This document shows, piece by piece, positions 38,263 to 49,065 of a stretch of DNA of 64,000 nt. Origin of the DNA: Squalus acanthias (Eukaryota); NCBI GenBank assembly GCA_030390025.1, contig CM059432.1, positions 132,062,001-132,126,000 on the forward strand, written 5' to 3'. Numbering within the stretch: position 1 is the stretch's first letter; the number at the start of each line of letters is the position of its first letter. A model generated the notes under the pieces. It made no database searches. It saw nothing but the letters and a program-made list of their open reading frames with translations, and was not told the DNA's origin. The position numbers and the translations under genes were made by a program.

Positions 38263-38298
<36 letters not shown>
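38263..38298. repeat. (CA)n microsatellite
   Basis: Uninterrupted AC run about 470 bp upstream of the BMP exon. Confidence 0.95.
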
Positions 38299-38303
<5 letters not shown>

Positions 38304-38766
38304 GACCATTAGATCACTCAGTATTGCCTCGGTGGCTTAACAACAATCTGTGAGGGAAGAACATTGCAACAAAGAGTTGAGCGATTCTGGTAAAAGTAAC
38401 AAAAAGGCGAGGAATAAAGAGATGAGTTAATTCTGAGAATGTGGAAGTTTCTTCCCTGTTGCTAGGCTCCGTGATATAATGGAGGCTGTGTGTCTGTCTT
38501 CCATAAGCTGGTACAGCTGTTGCTACACAGATGATGTGAGCGTTGCTGAATGAGTTTTCTGTATTAATGTACAAAAGCCATCACACTGTATCCCTGGCAT
38601 GCCCTAGGCAATGAGGTTCACGCATCATGGATTAATAGCGCTGAATAGATACAAATACTTGTCAGCTATTGATTGGGCTTTCGTGGGAGTTTTTATATAA
38701 ATACAGCGCTGTGAAATATTGGCGTCGTGATTTTCTGACTTTAATTTCCAACTTTTTTTCTTGCAG

Positions 38767-38959
38767 TTGAACATGAAAAAGACTTTGCCCTCTACCAACC
38801 ATATCACCAGGAGTACAAGTTTAACCTGTCCCGAATTCCAGAGGGAGAGGCTGTCACAGCAGCAGAATTTCGTATTTACAAGGAATGGGTCAGAAGTCGC
38901 TTTGAAAATGAAACATTTGAGATCAGCATCTACCAGGTGCTACATGAGCATGTGAACAG
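38767..38959 (+). CDS. BMP7: Internal coding exon (193 bp, phase 1 in, phase 2 out) of a BMP5/6/7/8-subfamily gene, TGF-beta propeptide region; most like BMP7 exon 2
   Basis: Polypyrimidine tract plus ttgcag| acceptor and AG|gtgaga donor. Translates (V)[63 protein letters not shown](R). [16 protein letters not shown] and FENETF.IS.YQVL.EH are characteristic of BMP5-8 propeptides. The family call is strong; BMP7 versus BMP6/5/8 is less certain. The ORF track misses it because it has no start codon in frame. Confidence 0.85.
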
Positions 38960-39249
38960 GTGAGAACAGACTTAGAAAATGTACCCCCACCCCCCTTCAC
39001 TTTTGGTATGTTCTGGTGCCCTGCGACTTTCCCAAATGAGAGGATGGGCTTGAGACCTACTCCAACTGCAGCCTTGGGCTTTTACCATTGCTTCTCTATG
39101 ACTGGCCTCCAGGAGAATGGTGATCAGAACTTCTTGTTTTGTCCACTAGCCTGACTCTGGGACCACCCTGCAGATAGAGATAGTAACTCGCCATTTGGTG
39201 ATTTAACACGTATAATCCCAGATGCTACTGCTGCATGAGGCAAGGCATT

Positions 39250-39695
39250 GGCCCTCTGTGGCTCAGTGGGTAGCACTGTCGCCTCTGAGTCAGAAGGTTG
39301 TGGGTTCAAGTCCCACTCCTTAAGCACATAAATCTAGACTGACACTCCAGTGCAGTACTGAGGGAGCACTGCCGTCTTTCAGATGAGACGTTAAACCAAG
39401 GCCCTGTCTGCTTCTCTCAGGTGGTCGCAAAAGATCCCATGGCACTATTTTGAAGAGGAGCAGGGGAGTTATCCCTGGTGTCCTGGCCAATACTTATCCC
39501 TCAATCAACATCACTTAAAAAAAAAAACAGATTATCTGTTCATTATTGCATTGCTGTTTTGGGGAGCTTGCTGTGCGCAAATTGGCTGTCGCGTTTCCTA
39601 CATTACAACAGTGACTACACTTCAAAAGTACTTCATTGGCTATAAAGCGCCTTGGGACGTGAAAGGCGCTATATAAATGCCAGACTTTTCTTTCA
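39250..39695 (+). mobile_element. Full-length tRNA-headed Deu-domain SINE (SacSINE1/AmnSINE-like)
   Basis: A-box gtggctcagtggg and B-box gggttcaagtccc. Deu core cagtactgagggagc...cagatgagacgttaaacc...aaaagatcccatggcactatt. L2-like tail aaaggcgctatataaatgc. Confidence 0.8.
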
Positions 39696-42600
39696 ATGTG
39701 CTATGCTGCGTTGCAATCTAAAAATTTGCTTTTAAAGTAGTTCTTACCTGTAACTTTAAAAACTGCTTTGACATTTCAACCAGACTTCTGATTGTTCTGT
39801 GATGCTCCTCCAAGCGTTTGATTTGTATTACACTACTAATTGCAGCCTTGTACAGTTGATTCCAGGTAAGCGCGCACAAATGAAATATATCAATTCAGTC
39901 TTTTGTCAGATATCGTTCTATTCAGAGCTAATGATGGGTGTTGTCTGAGTATAAACTCTTGACACGGAGTTGCCCGGGGCCTAGAATTGGGTGCATCAAA
40001 TTTCAAAGCAAACACTGTATGCGGATCTTTGAAGAAAGCACCTGAGCATACTAAAATAAGTGGTTGTTCCAGCTGACTTGGCCTGTATATTCTGGTCAAA
40101 GGAAGCGGATCTGAATCGCTCATGAAATTAATAGCTTGTATAATTTTACAAATATCGCATTTTACAGTCTGGTTTCATCCCTTCAGATAAGGCTTGTTTA
40201 CGAGCAGTTTTTAAGTTTCAGGTAACAGCTAGTCCAAAAGGACAACTTTCAGGAAACCGGGTTCTGATTTATGTGCAAGGAAAGTGTGATCTGCTGTAAT
40301 TTAGAGCAGCCTTTCCAGACCAGAGGTCAGGCAGTGCTGCCCTAGAGAAGTTGTGTTTTTTGTTGTAAGATGGTAATTTGGGTATATTCTGATGAAAGCG
40401 TGCAGCCCTGAATTACTTAAGGATTTATCAGATTATGTAATATTAAAATCAATTTTCATCCCTTCAGATAGAGGCTGTGTGCACTAAAATTCATCATTGC
40501 CAGTGTATAATGCGAGTTGGTAAGCTCTTCCCTGTTGAACACATGCAACCTACAGAGAAATGTTCTGGCGTGACCAAATAAAAAATTCATTGCTGGAAAT
40601 GTGAAGTAAAAACAGAAACTTCTGCAAATGTGTTATGTCTGTAAAAGGAATATAGGTTAACATTTTGGTTGGGCTCCTTCATTACTGAGTAATGTTGAAG
40701 GGTCTCACTGAAACCTTCACCTGTTTTTTCCTTTCACACGCTGACTGATCTCCAACGGATTTTTTCTCTTTTTTTACCCCCTCATACCCCCTCAGTAACT
40801 AAAATTTCTAATGCCCAAAATAAGGGTTCAAACAAATTTAAAAATGACTCATTTCACAGTAACGTGATTATATTTTTTCACTCACTTTCAATGTTTAAAA
40901 ACGTTCAACAAAACCAAAGACCTCAGTCTCTCCCAATAGCCCGGGCTAGGACTTGATGCATTTGCTCAGAGCTGTGACTTAAATTTCAAGATCAATCCAT
41001 GGTGGATGAGTGAAATACTATTTTTGGTGTTTTAACTGAGATGTGGACTGTGTCTTTGTGCCCACAATTTGCCGCACAGTGAGTTCCCGATCTTTACCTT
41101 TCAACTGGGGGAAATGCTTTGTGAAAGAACGAAAGGCACAAGATTTTGGGGGAGTGGGGCGAGGCGATGGAGTTGAGGGGGAAGAGAAGGAAAAATTTCT
41201 GAGATAGTCTCATGCAACTCCTTAAAAGAAGCAATGGTAGGGGCCTGGCAGTGAGATGTCCTCTGTCTCTTCATTCAGAGCTGTGCTTGGCAAGGAAACA
41301 AAAATAACTTTGAAGAGGACATACTAAAAAAAAGTATGAAAATGCTTTTGATGCACAATCATATTGCCATTTTGAGACCTGTTAACTTCCATACAGTGGA
41401 ACTTGTTGGACCATGCATTGAGGATGAACTGTACATGTGAAGTCTCAAATGTGGTTTTAAAAAAAAACACATACCTCCTTTTATAATAATCAATAAATGC
41501 TCAATCTGATCCAAGCATCAAGTCTCCACTTCAGTTTTTTAGTTCTCTGTACATTGAATGTAATTAATCGCTTCCATATTTTAATGTAGATACTGCAGCT
41601 CACTTAAGTCACTATTTTGTAAAAAAAAAACATACATTTTATTGTGTTCTGTCTAGATTAAACTGCTGACGAAATAGTTTAAATGAGCAGTCGTTACAAT
41701 GACTTTCAGATTGGTTTATTTTTTATCTTCAGGTTACTGAAATTCAAATCTAACCTTAACCTTTCTTGGTAAACTGTAATTGTGTGGTGATCAGGATTTG
41801 ATTGCCGTGATTTCAGAACATCAGCCTGTTTCTTTTTAAAGGGGTAGTGTAAACAAGTGAAATGACTGCATACATAACTTCTGATAAGTCCTACAGATGG
41901 GTGGCTTTCGAGCTTTGCCAGCTGACTATTATAACGGGTTGAAGTATAGTTTACTTTTCAGTTCACTGCATATCAATTTAATAGCTGAGGTTGCTGCCGG
42001 GCATTCTATTAGCACATGTATGGATATAACACATCCACTCTTAAGATGTTTTCAAAGGTTATGAATAATCTAATTTCATGCTTAGTTGGAGAGAAACAAA
42101 TAGACGTTTTGTAGGTTGCCAAACACGCACAATGGATTGTACTGTGTTAGCATTAAATCATGAGTTCTTTATTCTTTCACGAGCAAAACTGATTTCACCC
42201 TTGCATGAAGTGCAAGAGCACTACTGTCTCAACAAGAAAATCACTAAGGGGCGGATGATGTCAGAAACATGATGTATCCTGTTGGATCTATAAAGTAAAA
42301 AAAAAAATCAACAGTATTTAAAGCAATTGGCATTTCTCTTATTAAAGATTATATTCGGTATCTACATTTTAGATTATTTAATTTTTTTTTCCTCATCTGG
42401 TGGAAAGAGATGTAGATAAACTAAACTAAAGGATATTTTCTTTTTTTTAATCCTGGGAAATGATTTGATTTTAAACGTCTTTTAAATAAATACAAAGGTC
42501 ATGCTTGCGCTGATAAAATCAAAGTCTAAATGGGACAAACTGGTGGAAATGGGCGTGCTTCAAAGTAACCTGTATTGAAAACTAAATGAAAGGGTTAGGT

Positions 42601-43402
42601 GTTGCATCACATGCATCTGACCAGTCTTCTTTAAAACACCTGGTTAATTATAGGTTTAAAAGCAGGTCTGCGGGCCTTGGGAAAAGTGCTAGACCAGATC
42701 AGTCTTTCATGTCACCCTACAAATGCATTTGTATCCTGTGGCTCGGTTAGTGCTTCTGGTACAGACATGTCAAAACTGCAGCCTCTGCACAATAAGCTTC
42801 TTAAAATCTTGAGCCCTTACCATTGAACTAAAGAAGTTTACAGCACAGAAGGAGGCCATTTGGCTCATTGTGTCCATGCTGGCTCTTAGCTACAGCAATC
42901 CAAAGCTAGTTCCATTGCTCTGCTCTCTTTCGCTTAGCCTTGTATCTGTCTTTGCTTCAAATTATTTTCTCTTAAAGGATGCAATGGTCTCTGCCTGTGG
43001 CAAAGCATTCCACGCTCCGTCAACCCTCTGCATAAGGAAATTTATTTTAACTTCTGTCCTCAGTGATGATTTTAAATTGATGGCCCCTTATCATTGACTC
43101 CCCAATCAGAGAAAATAGTATTTCCTTATTCACTGTTTCAAAGCTCTTGACAATTTTAAAACGTTTGTTAATTGTAAAGTTCAGCAATGCCAGCTTCCTT
43201 GGGTTGGATTGTTTTGTTGAATATAGTTCACATTTTACTAATTTGTAACAACTGAACATTAACAGCGTTCGGGCTAAATACATGGTGTGAAGTGATATTA
43301 AACTATATAGACCAGGAAGATTCCAGGTTCAGTGTCTCATCTGATCTCACCCAAGTGGGATCATTGCAGTTGGGTTCAGCGTTCTTGGGTTAGTCTTACG
43401 AC

Positions 43403-43562
43403 GAGTGTTCCTGTTGAGCTGCGCGGTCGCTTGGCTGCGCAGCGGTCTGGAGGTCCCGCGCAGGCCGCTCAGTTGCTTTTAAGTTTTAAACACCGCGCAT
43501 GTGCGGAAATTTGAATGGGCTGTGCAGCCCGTTAAAACCTAAAAAAAATAGCGGAAATGTTG
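43403..43562. mobile_element. Short hAT-like MITE (same family as 4765-4927)
   Basis: Shares gctgcgcagcggtctggaggtcccg...accgcgcatg..aaatttgaatgggctg. Termini and TSD are degraded. Confidence 0.65.
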
Positions 43563-44110
43563 CCTCCAACCCTCAGATCTCTGCGTTCTTCCAATTCTGG
43601 CCTCTTGCGCATCCCTTATTATCACTCCACCATTGGCGGCCGTGCCTTCAGCTGCCTAGGCCCTAAGCTCTGGAATTCCCTCTCTAAAGCTCTCTGCCTC
43701 TCTACCTCCTTTTAAGATGCTCCTTAATACCTACCTCTGACCAATATTTTGGTCACCTGTCCTAATATCTCCTTATGTGCCAAATTTTGTTTGATAATGC
43801 TCTTGTGAAGAGCGCTGAGTTGTTTTACTACGTTAAAGGAGCTATGTTAATGCAAGTTGTTTGTGGCAGAGACCAAAGACAATGGCTTCGATCTTCCCAG
43901 TATTTAATTGGAGACGTTTTCTGCTCATCGGACAATCGGAGGCAGTGGAGAGGTCGAGAGAGGTGGTGGTGAGATAGAGCTAGGTGTCGCCAGCGTATAT
44001 GTGGAACCTGGCGTTGTGTTTTTGGATGATGTTGCCGAGGGGCAGTGTGTAAATGAGAAATAGGAGGGGGCCAAGGATGGATCATTGAGGGGACTCCAGA
44101 GGTAACAGTG
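43563..44110. mobile_element. Two L2 fragments (+ 3' tail 43563-43862; - RT fragment 43863-44110)
   Basis: accattggcggccgtgccttcagctgcctaggccctaagctctggaattcc on +. gtgtcgccagcgtatatgtggaac on - encodes an [12 protein letters not shown] motif. Confidence 0.75.
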
Positions 44111-45721
44111 CCGGAGCCAGTGCTCTCCAGTGCAAGGTATGCATGCATAGATAGTCGGCGGGGAGAGTTTTGGAGTGATGCCTTCACGTTTTATATACAT
44201 GACGGACAGGAGAAGAGCCACTGGTGCGTCAAGCCTGCCCCATATAGTTGTGATATTTTGTGCATCCTGATGCAAGCACTCCCCACCCACCCAGAGCTCC
44301 AAGTGCTGCTCCTTTTCCCTTGATTTTCCTTGATTTTATTCTTGTCCCAGATAACAGCTCATTTCTTTGTCTTTTCCCTGCTTATAATTGGTGAATTTTC
44401 ACCCTTTATTCTTTCTATGCAATCCTTTCTATTATTTGTTTTGTATGTTTATATCTATTTCTTTACTTGCTCTTTCTGATTTCTGTTATTTTCCCTTTTC
44501 TCTTTCTCTAATCCCCCCACCACCCCCCCCTCCCCCCTTTCCTTTCCAAGTTGCTCTTCATATCTCTAAGTATCCATTTTGCCAATTCATTAGCTCCCTT
44601 GCTGTTCAGATGTAGCCCAGGCTTGCAGACTAGCCCTCCATGTTGCCCAACACTGATGCCAGTGCCCCATAAAACAGAAACCCTCTTTCAGACACCAACC
44701 TTTTAGCCATGCATTAAAATCCTGAATCTTTCTATCCTTGCTTATTCTAACACATGACTGGGTCAGTAATCCAGAGATACCACCCTTGAAGTATTGCCCC
44801 TAAAACCTGCATCTTAAGCTCCTTTTGCAGGACTTAAGGTCTTTCTTTTCCTATATTGTTGGATCCTACATGGACCACGATGACTGGTTGCTCTCCTTTC
44901 TCCATTATTTTTTTTCCAGGTGTTCTGGAATGTTCCTCACCCTAGCATCCAGGAGGCAAAAAAGCATCTGGGACTCTCCGGCTGGACTGCAAATGATGGT
45001 GTCCTCCCCTTTATCAAGTCTCATTACTAGTGCGTTCCTAACTGAATTGCTAAGTAATCTCAGTTGGAGGCACTTCCTGCAAAATATTTTGGATAATTAA
45101 TTTTGCTGTTCGTGAGCTGTGCCCTCCAATTCAGTTGACAGCTCTTGTCTGGTATATTCTGAATCTGACCAATCTGCTCGCGTTGAGTTTCTGAATCTAG
45201 GTCACTAATGTAAATTAGGAACAGTAGGAGTCCCAACAACATTCCCTGGGGCACCCATCTCAGGACACGCCCCCTACCTCAACGGAACTCCTAACGAGCA
45301 CCCACTGCTTCCTACCCAATTTTTTATCCACTCCTGGGTCTTGCCTGAACCGCCACCATTTCAAACTTAAATAGTAGCGACTTGTGCATAATTTTGTCAA
45401 ATGCTTTTTGGAGATCGAACAACGCTGTACCTTGTAAAGCTTTCCGCAGTTTTTTTTTAAGGTTGTCACTTCCTCAACGTCGAAGTGGCAGAGAATCTTT
45501 CCCTTGTTCGTTTATTACCATACAAGTAAACTGCTCCAGTACCACTCTAACCAGGATCCGGGTTATCCGGATCTGGTTGTCTGTTTGCTGCTTTGGTTTC
45601 CTCCAAGGGATGAACACCGGGTGCATGACAGGAGCAGAGCAGCATTGCACCCCATTGAATCAAGACGTGCAGCCATCATTGACTATTGCACAAAGTGAAG
45701 GCTGAAGCCCAGTGAGTCATA

Positions 45722-46717
45722 GAATCAGAAGATAGGAGCAGGAGTAGGCCATTCGGCCCCTCTAGCCTGCTCCGCCATTCAATGCAATCATGGCTGATCA
45801 TCCAAATTCAGTACCCTGTCCCTGCTTTCTCCCCATATCCCTTGATCCCTTTAGCCTTAAGAAATATATCCAACTCCTTCTTGAATCTATTTAATGAATT
45901 GGCCTCTACTGCCTTCTGTGGCAGAGAATTCCACAGGTTCAACACTCTCTGGGTGAAGGAATTCCTCCTCATCTCAGTCCTAAATGGCTTACCCCTTATC
46001 CTTAGACTGTGACCCCTGGTTCTGGACTCCCCGACCATCGGGAACATCCTTCCTGCATCTAGTTTGTCCTGTCCTGTCCTGTCAGAATTTTATAAGTTTC
46101 AATGAGATCCCCTCTCATTCTTCTAAACTCCAGCGAGTATAAGCCCAATCGACCCAATCTCTCTTCATACGTCATTCCTGCCATCCCAGGTATCAGCCTT
46201 GTGAATCTTCGCTGAACTCCTTCCATGGCAAGAACATCCTTCCTCAGATAAGGCGACCAAAACTGCACACAGTACTCAAGGTGTGGTCTCACCAAGGCCC
46301 TGTACAACTGCAGCAAGACATCCTTGTTCCTGTACTCAAACCCTCTCGCTGTGAAGGCCAACATACCATTTGCCTTCTTCACCGCCTGCTGTACCTGCAT
46401 GCTTATCTTCAGTGACTGGTGCACAAGGACACTCAGGTCTTGTTGCACTTCCCCTTCTCCCAATCTATTGCCATTCAGATAATAATCTGCCTTTCTGTTT
46501 TTGACACCAAAGTGGATAACCTCTCATTTATCCACGTTATATTGCATCTGCCAAGCTTCGCCCACTCACCCAACCTGTCCAAATCATCCTGGAGTTTCTC
46601 GGCATCCTCCTCGCAGCACACACTCCCACCCAGTTTTGTGTCGTCTGCAAACTTGGAAATATTACATCTAGTTCCCTTGTCTAGATCATTAATGTATATT
46701 GTGAATAGCTGGGGTCC
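45722..46717 (-). mobile_element. CR1 LINE 3' portion, same subfamily as 9478-11953
   Basis: ORFs 46059-46463 and 45808-46047 are nearly identical in protein to 11032-11604 and 11620-11859. Confidence 0.92.
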
Positions 46718-46775
46718 GAAGACCGTGTCGTCATGCTTCCATCTTAATCATGCCAACACGTCACAAGAACTCAAT

Positions 46776-47524
46776 GGCCTAGAAATTCCGTTCCCTACGG
46801 GTGTGTACGCGCTGTGTACTCACCCGTAGGGCCAACGGAAGTGCAGGTTTTACGCATGCGCTGGAAACCGGCACTTCCATTCTCTGCAGAAAGTGCTTGA
46901 TTGGACAAATGCCTGCGCCGGATAGGCAGCGCGTACGTTAGAAACTTCCGTTTTTTTCCACACTGGCTTGAGTCCAGGTAAGTCGGGAACAACTGCGCCT
47001 AGAAAAGCAGGCGCAAGGCCTGCTTTTAGCAGGCTAATAGTTTAAGAAAGTAAAAAAAAAAATGTTTTCCACTGATTTATCATTTTAAAATACTTTAAAG
47101 AAAGGTAAGTATATTTTTAGCCCCGTTAAAAACTTTCATTTTTTTCAAAAATTAAAATTTTTGTTTAAAATAGTTAATTTATGTAATTTATAGTCATTTT
47201 AAAAATGTGATTTTTTAAAATTTAATTGAAGTTTTACTTATGTTTTGGGGCTGATCTCTATTCATAGATTTGACAGGTCTTTCTGTCAAATCTATGAATG
47301 GAGATTCCTTGCTCTGATTGGCTCCCCACGGCCCACGTGATCCCAGGGACGCTGCGATCCGCCTGCGCCCCTGGGATACGCGTGCCCTGCACACCGGCAG
47401 TTTGAAGAGGCACAGCAACGGAAATCTGCGCCTCCCTGGAGCCCTCCGGTCCAGGCACAGATCTTCCGGATCGCAGCCCTCCGCCCGCGGGGGGGGGGGG
47501 GGGCTGCCAACGGAATTTCTGGGC
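46776..47524. mobile_element. Non-autonomous PIF/Harbinger-like element (MITE family A, second copy)
   Basis: TIR GGCCTAGAAATTCCGTT / AACGGAATTTCTGGGC. Internal blocks are homologous to 21428-22196 (ccctacgggtgtgtac; tttttagccccgt.aaaactt; gattgg.tcccca.ggcccacgtg). Confidence 0.75.
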
Positions 47525-47945
47525 AACACGGTGGCATAGTGGTTAGCACTGGTGCCTCACAGCGCCAGAGACCCGGGTTCGAATCTGACCTCGGGTGACT
47601 GTCTGTGTGGAGTTTGCACATTCTCCCCGTGTCTGCGTGGGTTTCCTCCGGGTGCTCCGGTTTCCTCCCACAGTCCAAAAATGTGTGGGTTAGGTTGATT
47701 TGGCTATGATAAATTGACCCTTAGTGTTAGGGGGGATTAAATATGTGGGGTTATGGGGATAGGATGGGATATGTTAGGGGGAATTAAATACGTGGGGTTA
47801 CGGGGGTAGGGTGGGATATGTGTACTGTGGGGATTAAAGCAGGGACAGGGTACTGGATTTGGATGATCAGCCATGATCGTATTGAATGGCGGAGCAGGCT
47901 CGACGGGCCGAATGGCCTACTCCTGCTCCTAGATTCTATGTTTCT
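47521..47945 (+). mobile_element. HE1/V-SINE-type tRNA-derived SINE with a CR1-derived tail
   Basis: A-box tggcatagtggtt and B-box gggttcgaatc. V-domain gtggagtttgcacattctccccgtgtctgcgtgggtttcctccgggtgctccggtttcctcccaca. CR1 3' tail ending ttctatgtttcta. Confidence 0.85.
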
Positions 47946-48844
47946 ATCCCCTTGGATGGAGAATGGCTGGCACAATGAACCAAAGCCAGTATATCTTAGA
48001 AGTAACTCTAGATTGCACACTTGCCTACAAGGAGCACCTCACCGAGGTATCTCAGAAGGTCAAGAGCAGAATTGGCCTGATGATAGGCTTGCGGGTTCAG
48101 TTTGGGAACCAATGCTCAACCATTGCACAGCTCGGCACTTGCTCTCTGCTGCTCAGTTGGAGAATATTGCGCTCCTTTGTGGTTAAACTCTTCCAACACA
48201 AAACTTGTTGATGTACAAGTAAAACAATAAGAATAATAACTGGGACTATGAGACCCACAAGCTCTAACAATGATCTCAAATGTATGACCTCCTAACATCA
48301 GTCGTCCTAGTGCAGTAAAGAACCTCCTTGAGAAAATCCAGCAAATGCCACAACTGCCACCTTTCAAAGATATATGGGAGGTGCCTTGCTATCGACTCGT
48401 CAACAGGAGACCAATCTGGACTAGGCTACCAATCCTCTCCACAGCGTATGCTGCCTCATTATGGCAAACCGAATGGGCACAAGCTGCTAAGAAACTCCTT
48501 CATCACCCAGCCTGATGAGCGACTGTCCAGCTTTAAGCTGACCCGTCCCCTCTGGTGCAAGCTCAACTGTTTGAGCTTGGGTGGTAAGCTGTGTGGTAAA
48601 TGATCACACCTTGGGACTCCTCAAATAAAAAAAAACTGCCCTCTGTAGCTGTAGTGCAGTTGAGGACACCGCACAGTTGGTGAATGGCCGCTCATTTTTA
48701 CCAGGACTTTCCAAACTCCACAATGCCGGGCCTGTAGCGGCTTAATGGCCAAAGCATGTATGGTGCCAACTTAAGCCCCTTGCCACTTTTGACATTTTTG
48801 ATTTATCTCTCTACTTTATAGTTTGTATTTTTCCAATTTTTATC

Positions 48845-49065
48845 CTGTGGAATTCTCTACCACAGAAGGCTGTGGAGGCCAAGTCACTGAATATATTTAA
48901 GAAGGAGATAGCTAGATTTCTAGACACAAAAGGCATCAAGGGGTATGGGGAGAGAGCAGGAATATGGTATTGAGATAGAGGATCAGCCATGATCATATTG
49001 AATGGCGGAGCAGGCTCGAAGGGCCGAATGGCCTACTCCTGCTCCTATTTTTCTGTGTTTCTATG
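48845..49065 (+). mobile_element. CR1 3' end fragment
   Basis: ctgtggaattctctaccacagaaggctgtggaggcc...gatcagccatgatc...gggccgaatggcctactcctgctcc. Confidence 0.85.

Larger units (their letters stand above)
46718..48780 (+). mobile_element. Vingi/ingi-like (RTE-X-annotated type) LINE 3' portion, split by a MITE and a SINE
   Basis: KTVSSCFHLNHANTSQELN (46718-46775) continues after 47945 as ...LDGEW..HNEPKPVYL/VTLDCTLAYKEHLTEVSQKVKSRIG...LAGSVW. Near the end are WCKLNCL and a CSC motif. Confidence 0.6.

Noticed and set aside
38761..38955. 64-aa [15 protein letters not shown]...
   Set aside because: Wrong frame over the BMP exon. The conserved peptide is in another frame bounded by splice sites.
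47521..47600. tRNA gene (also at about 39255-39320)
   Set aside because: The A/B boxes belong to SINE heads that run directly into V or Deu domains. No complete cloverleaf is evident.
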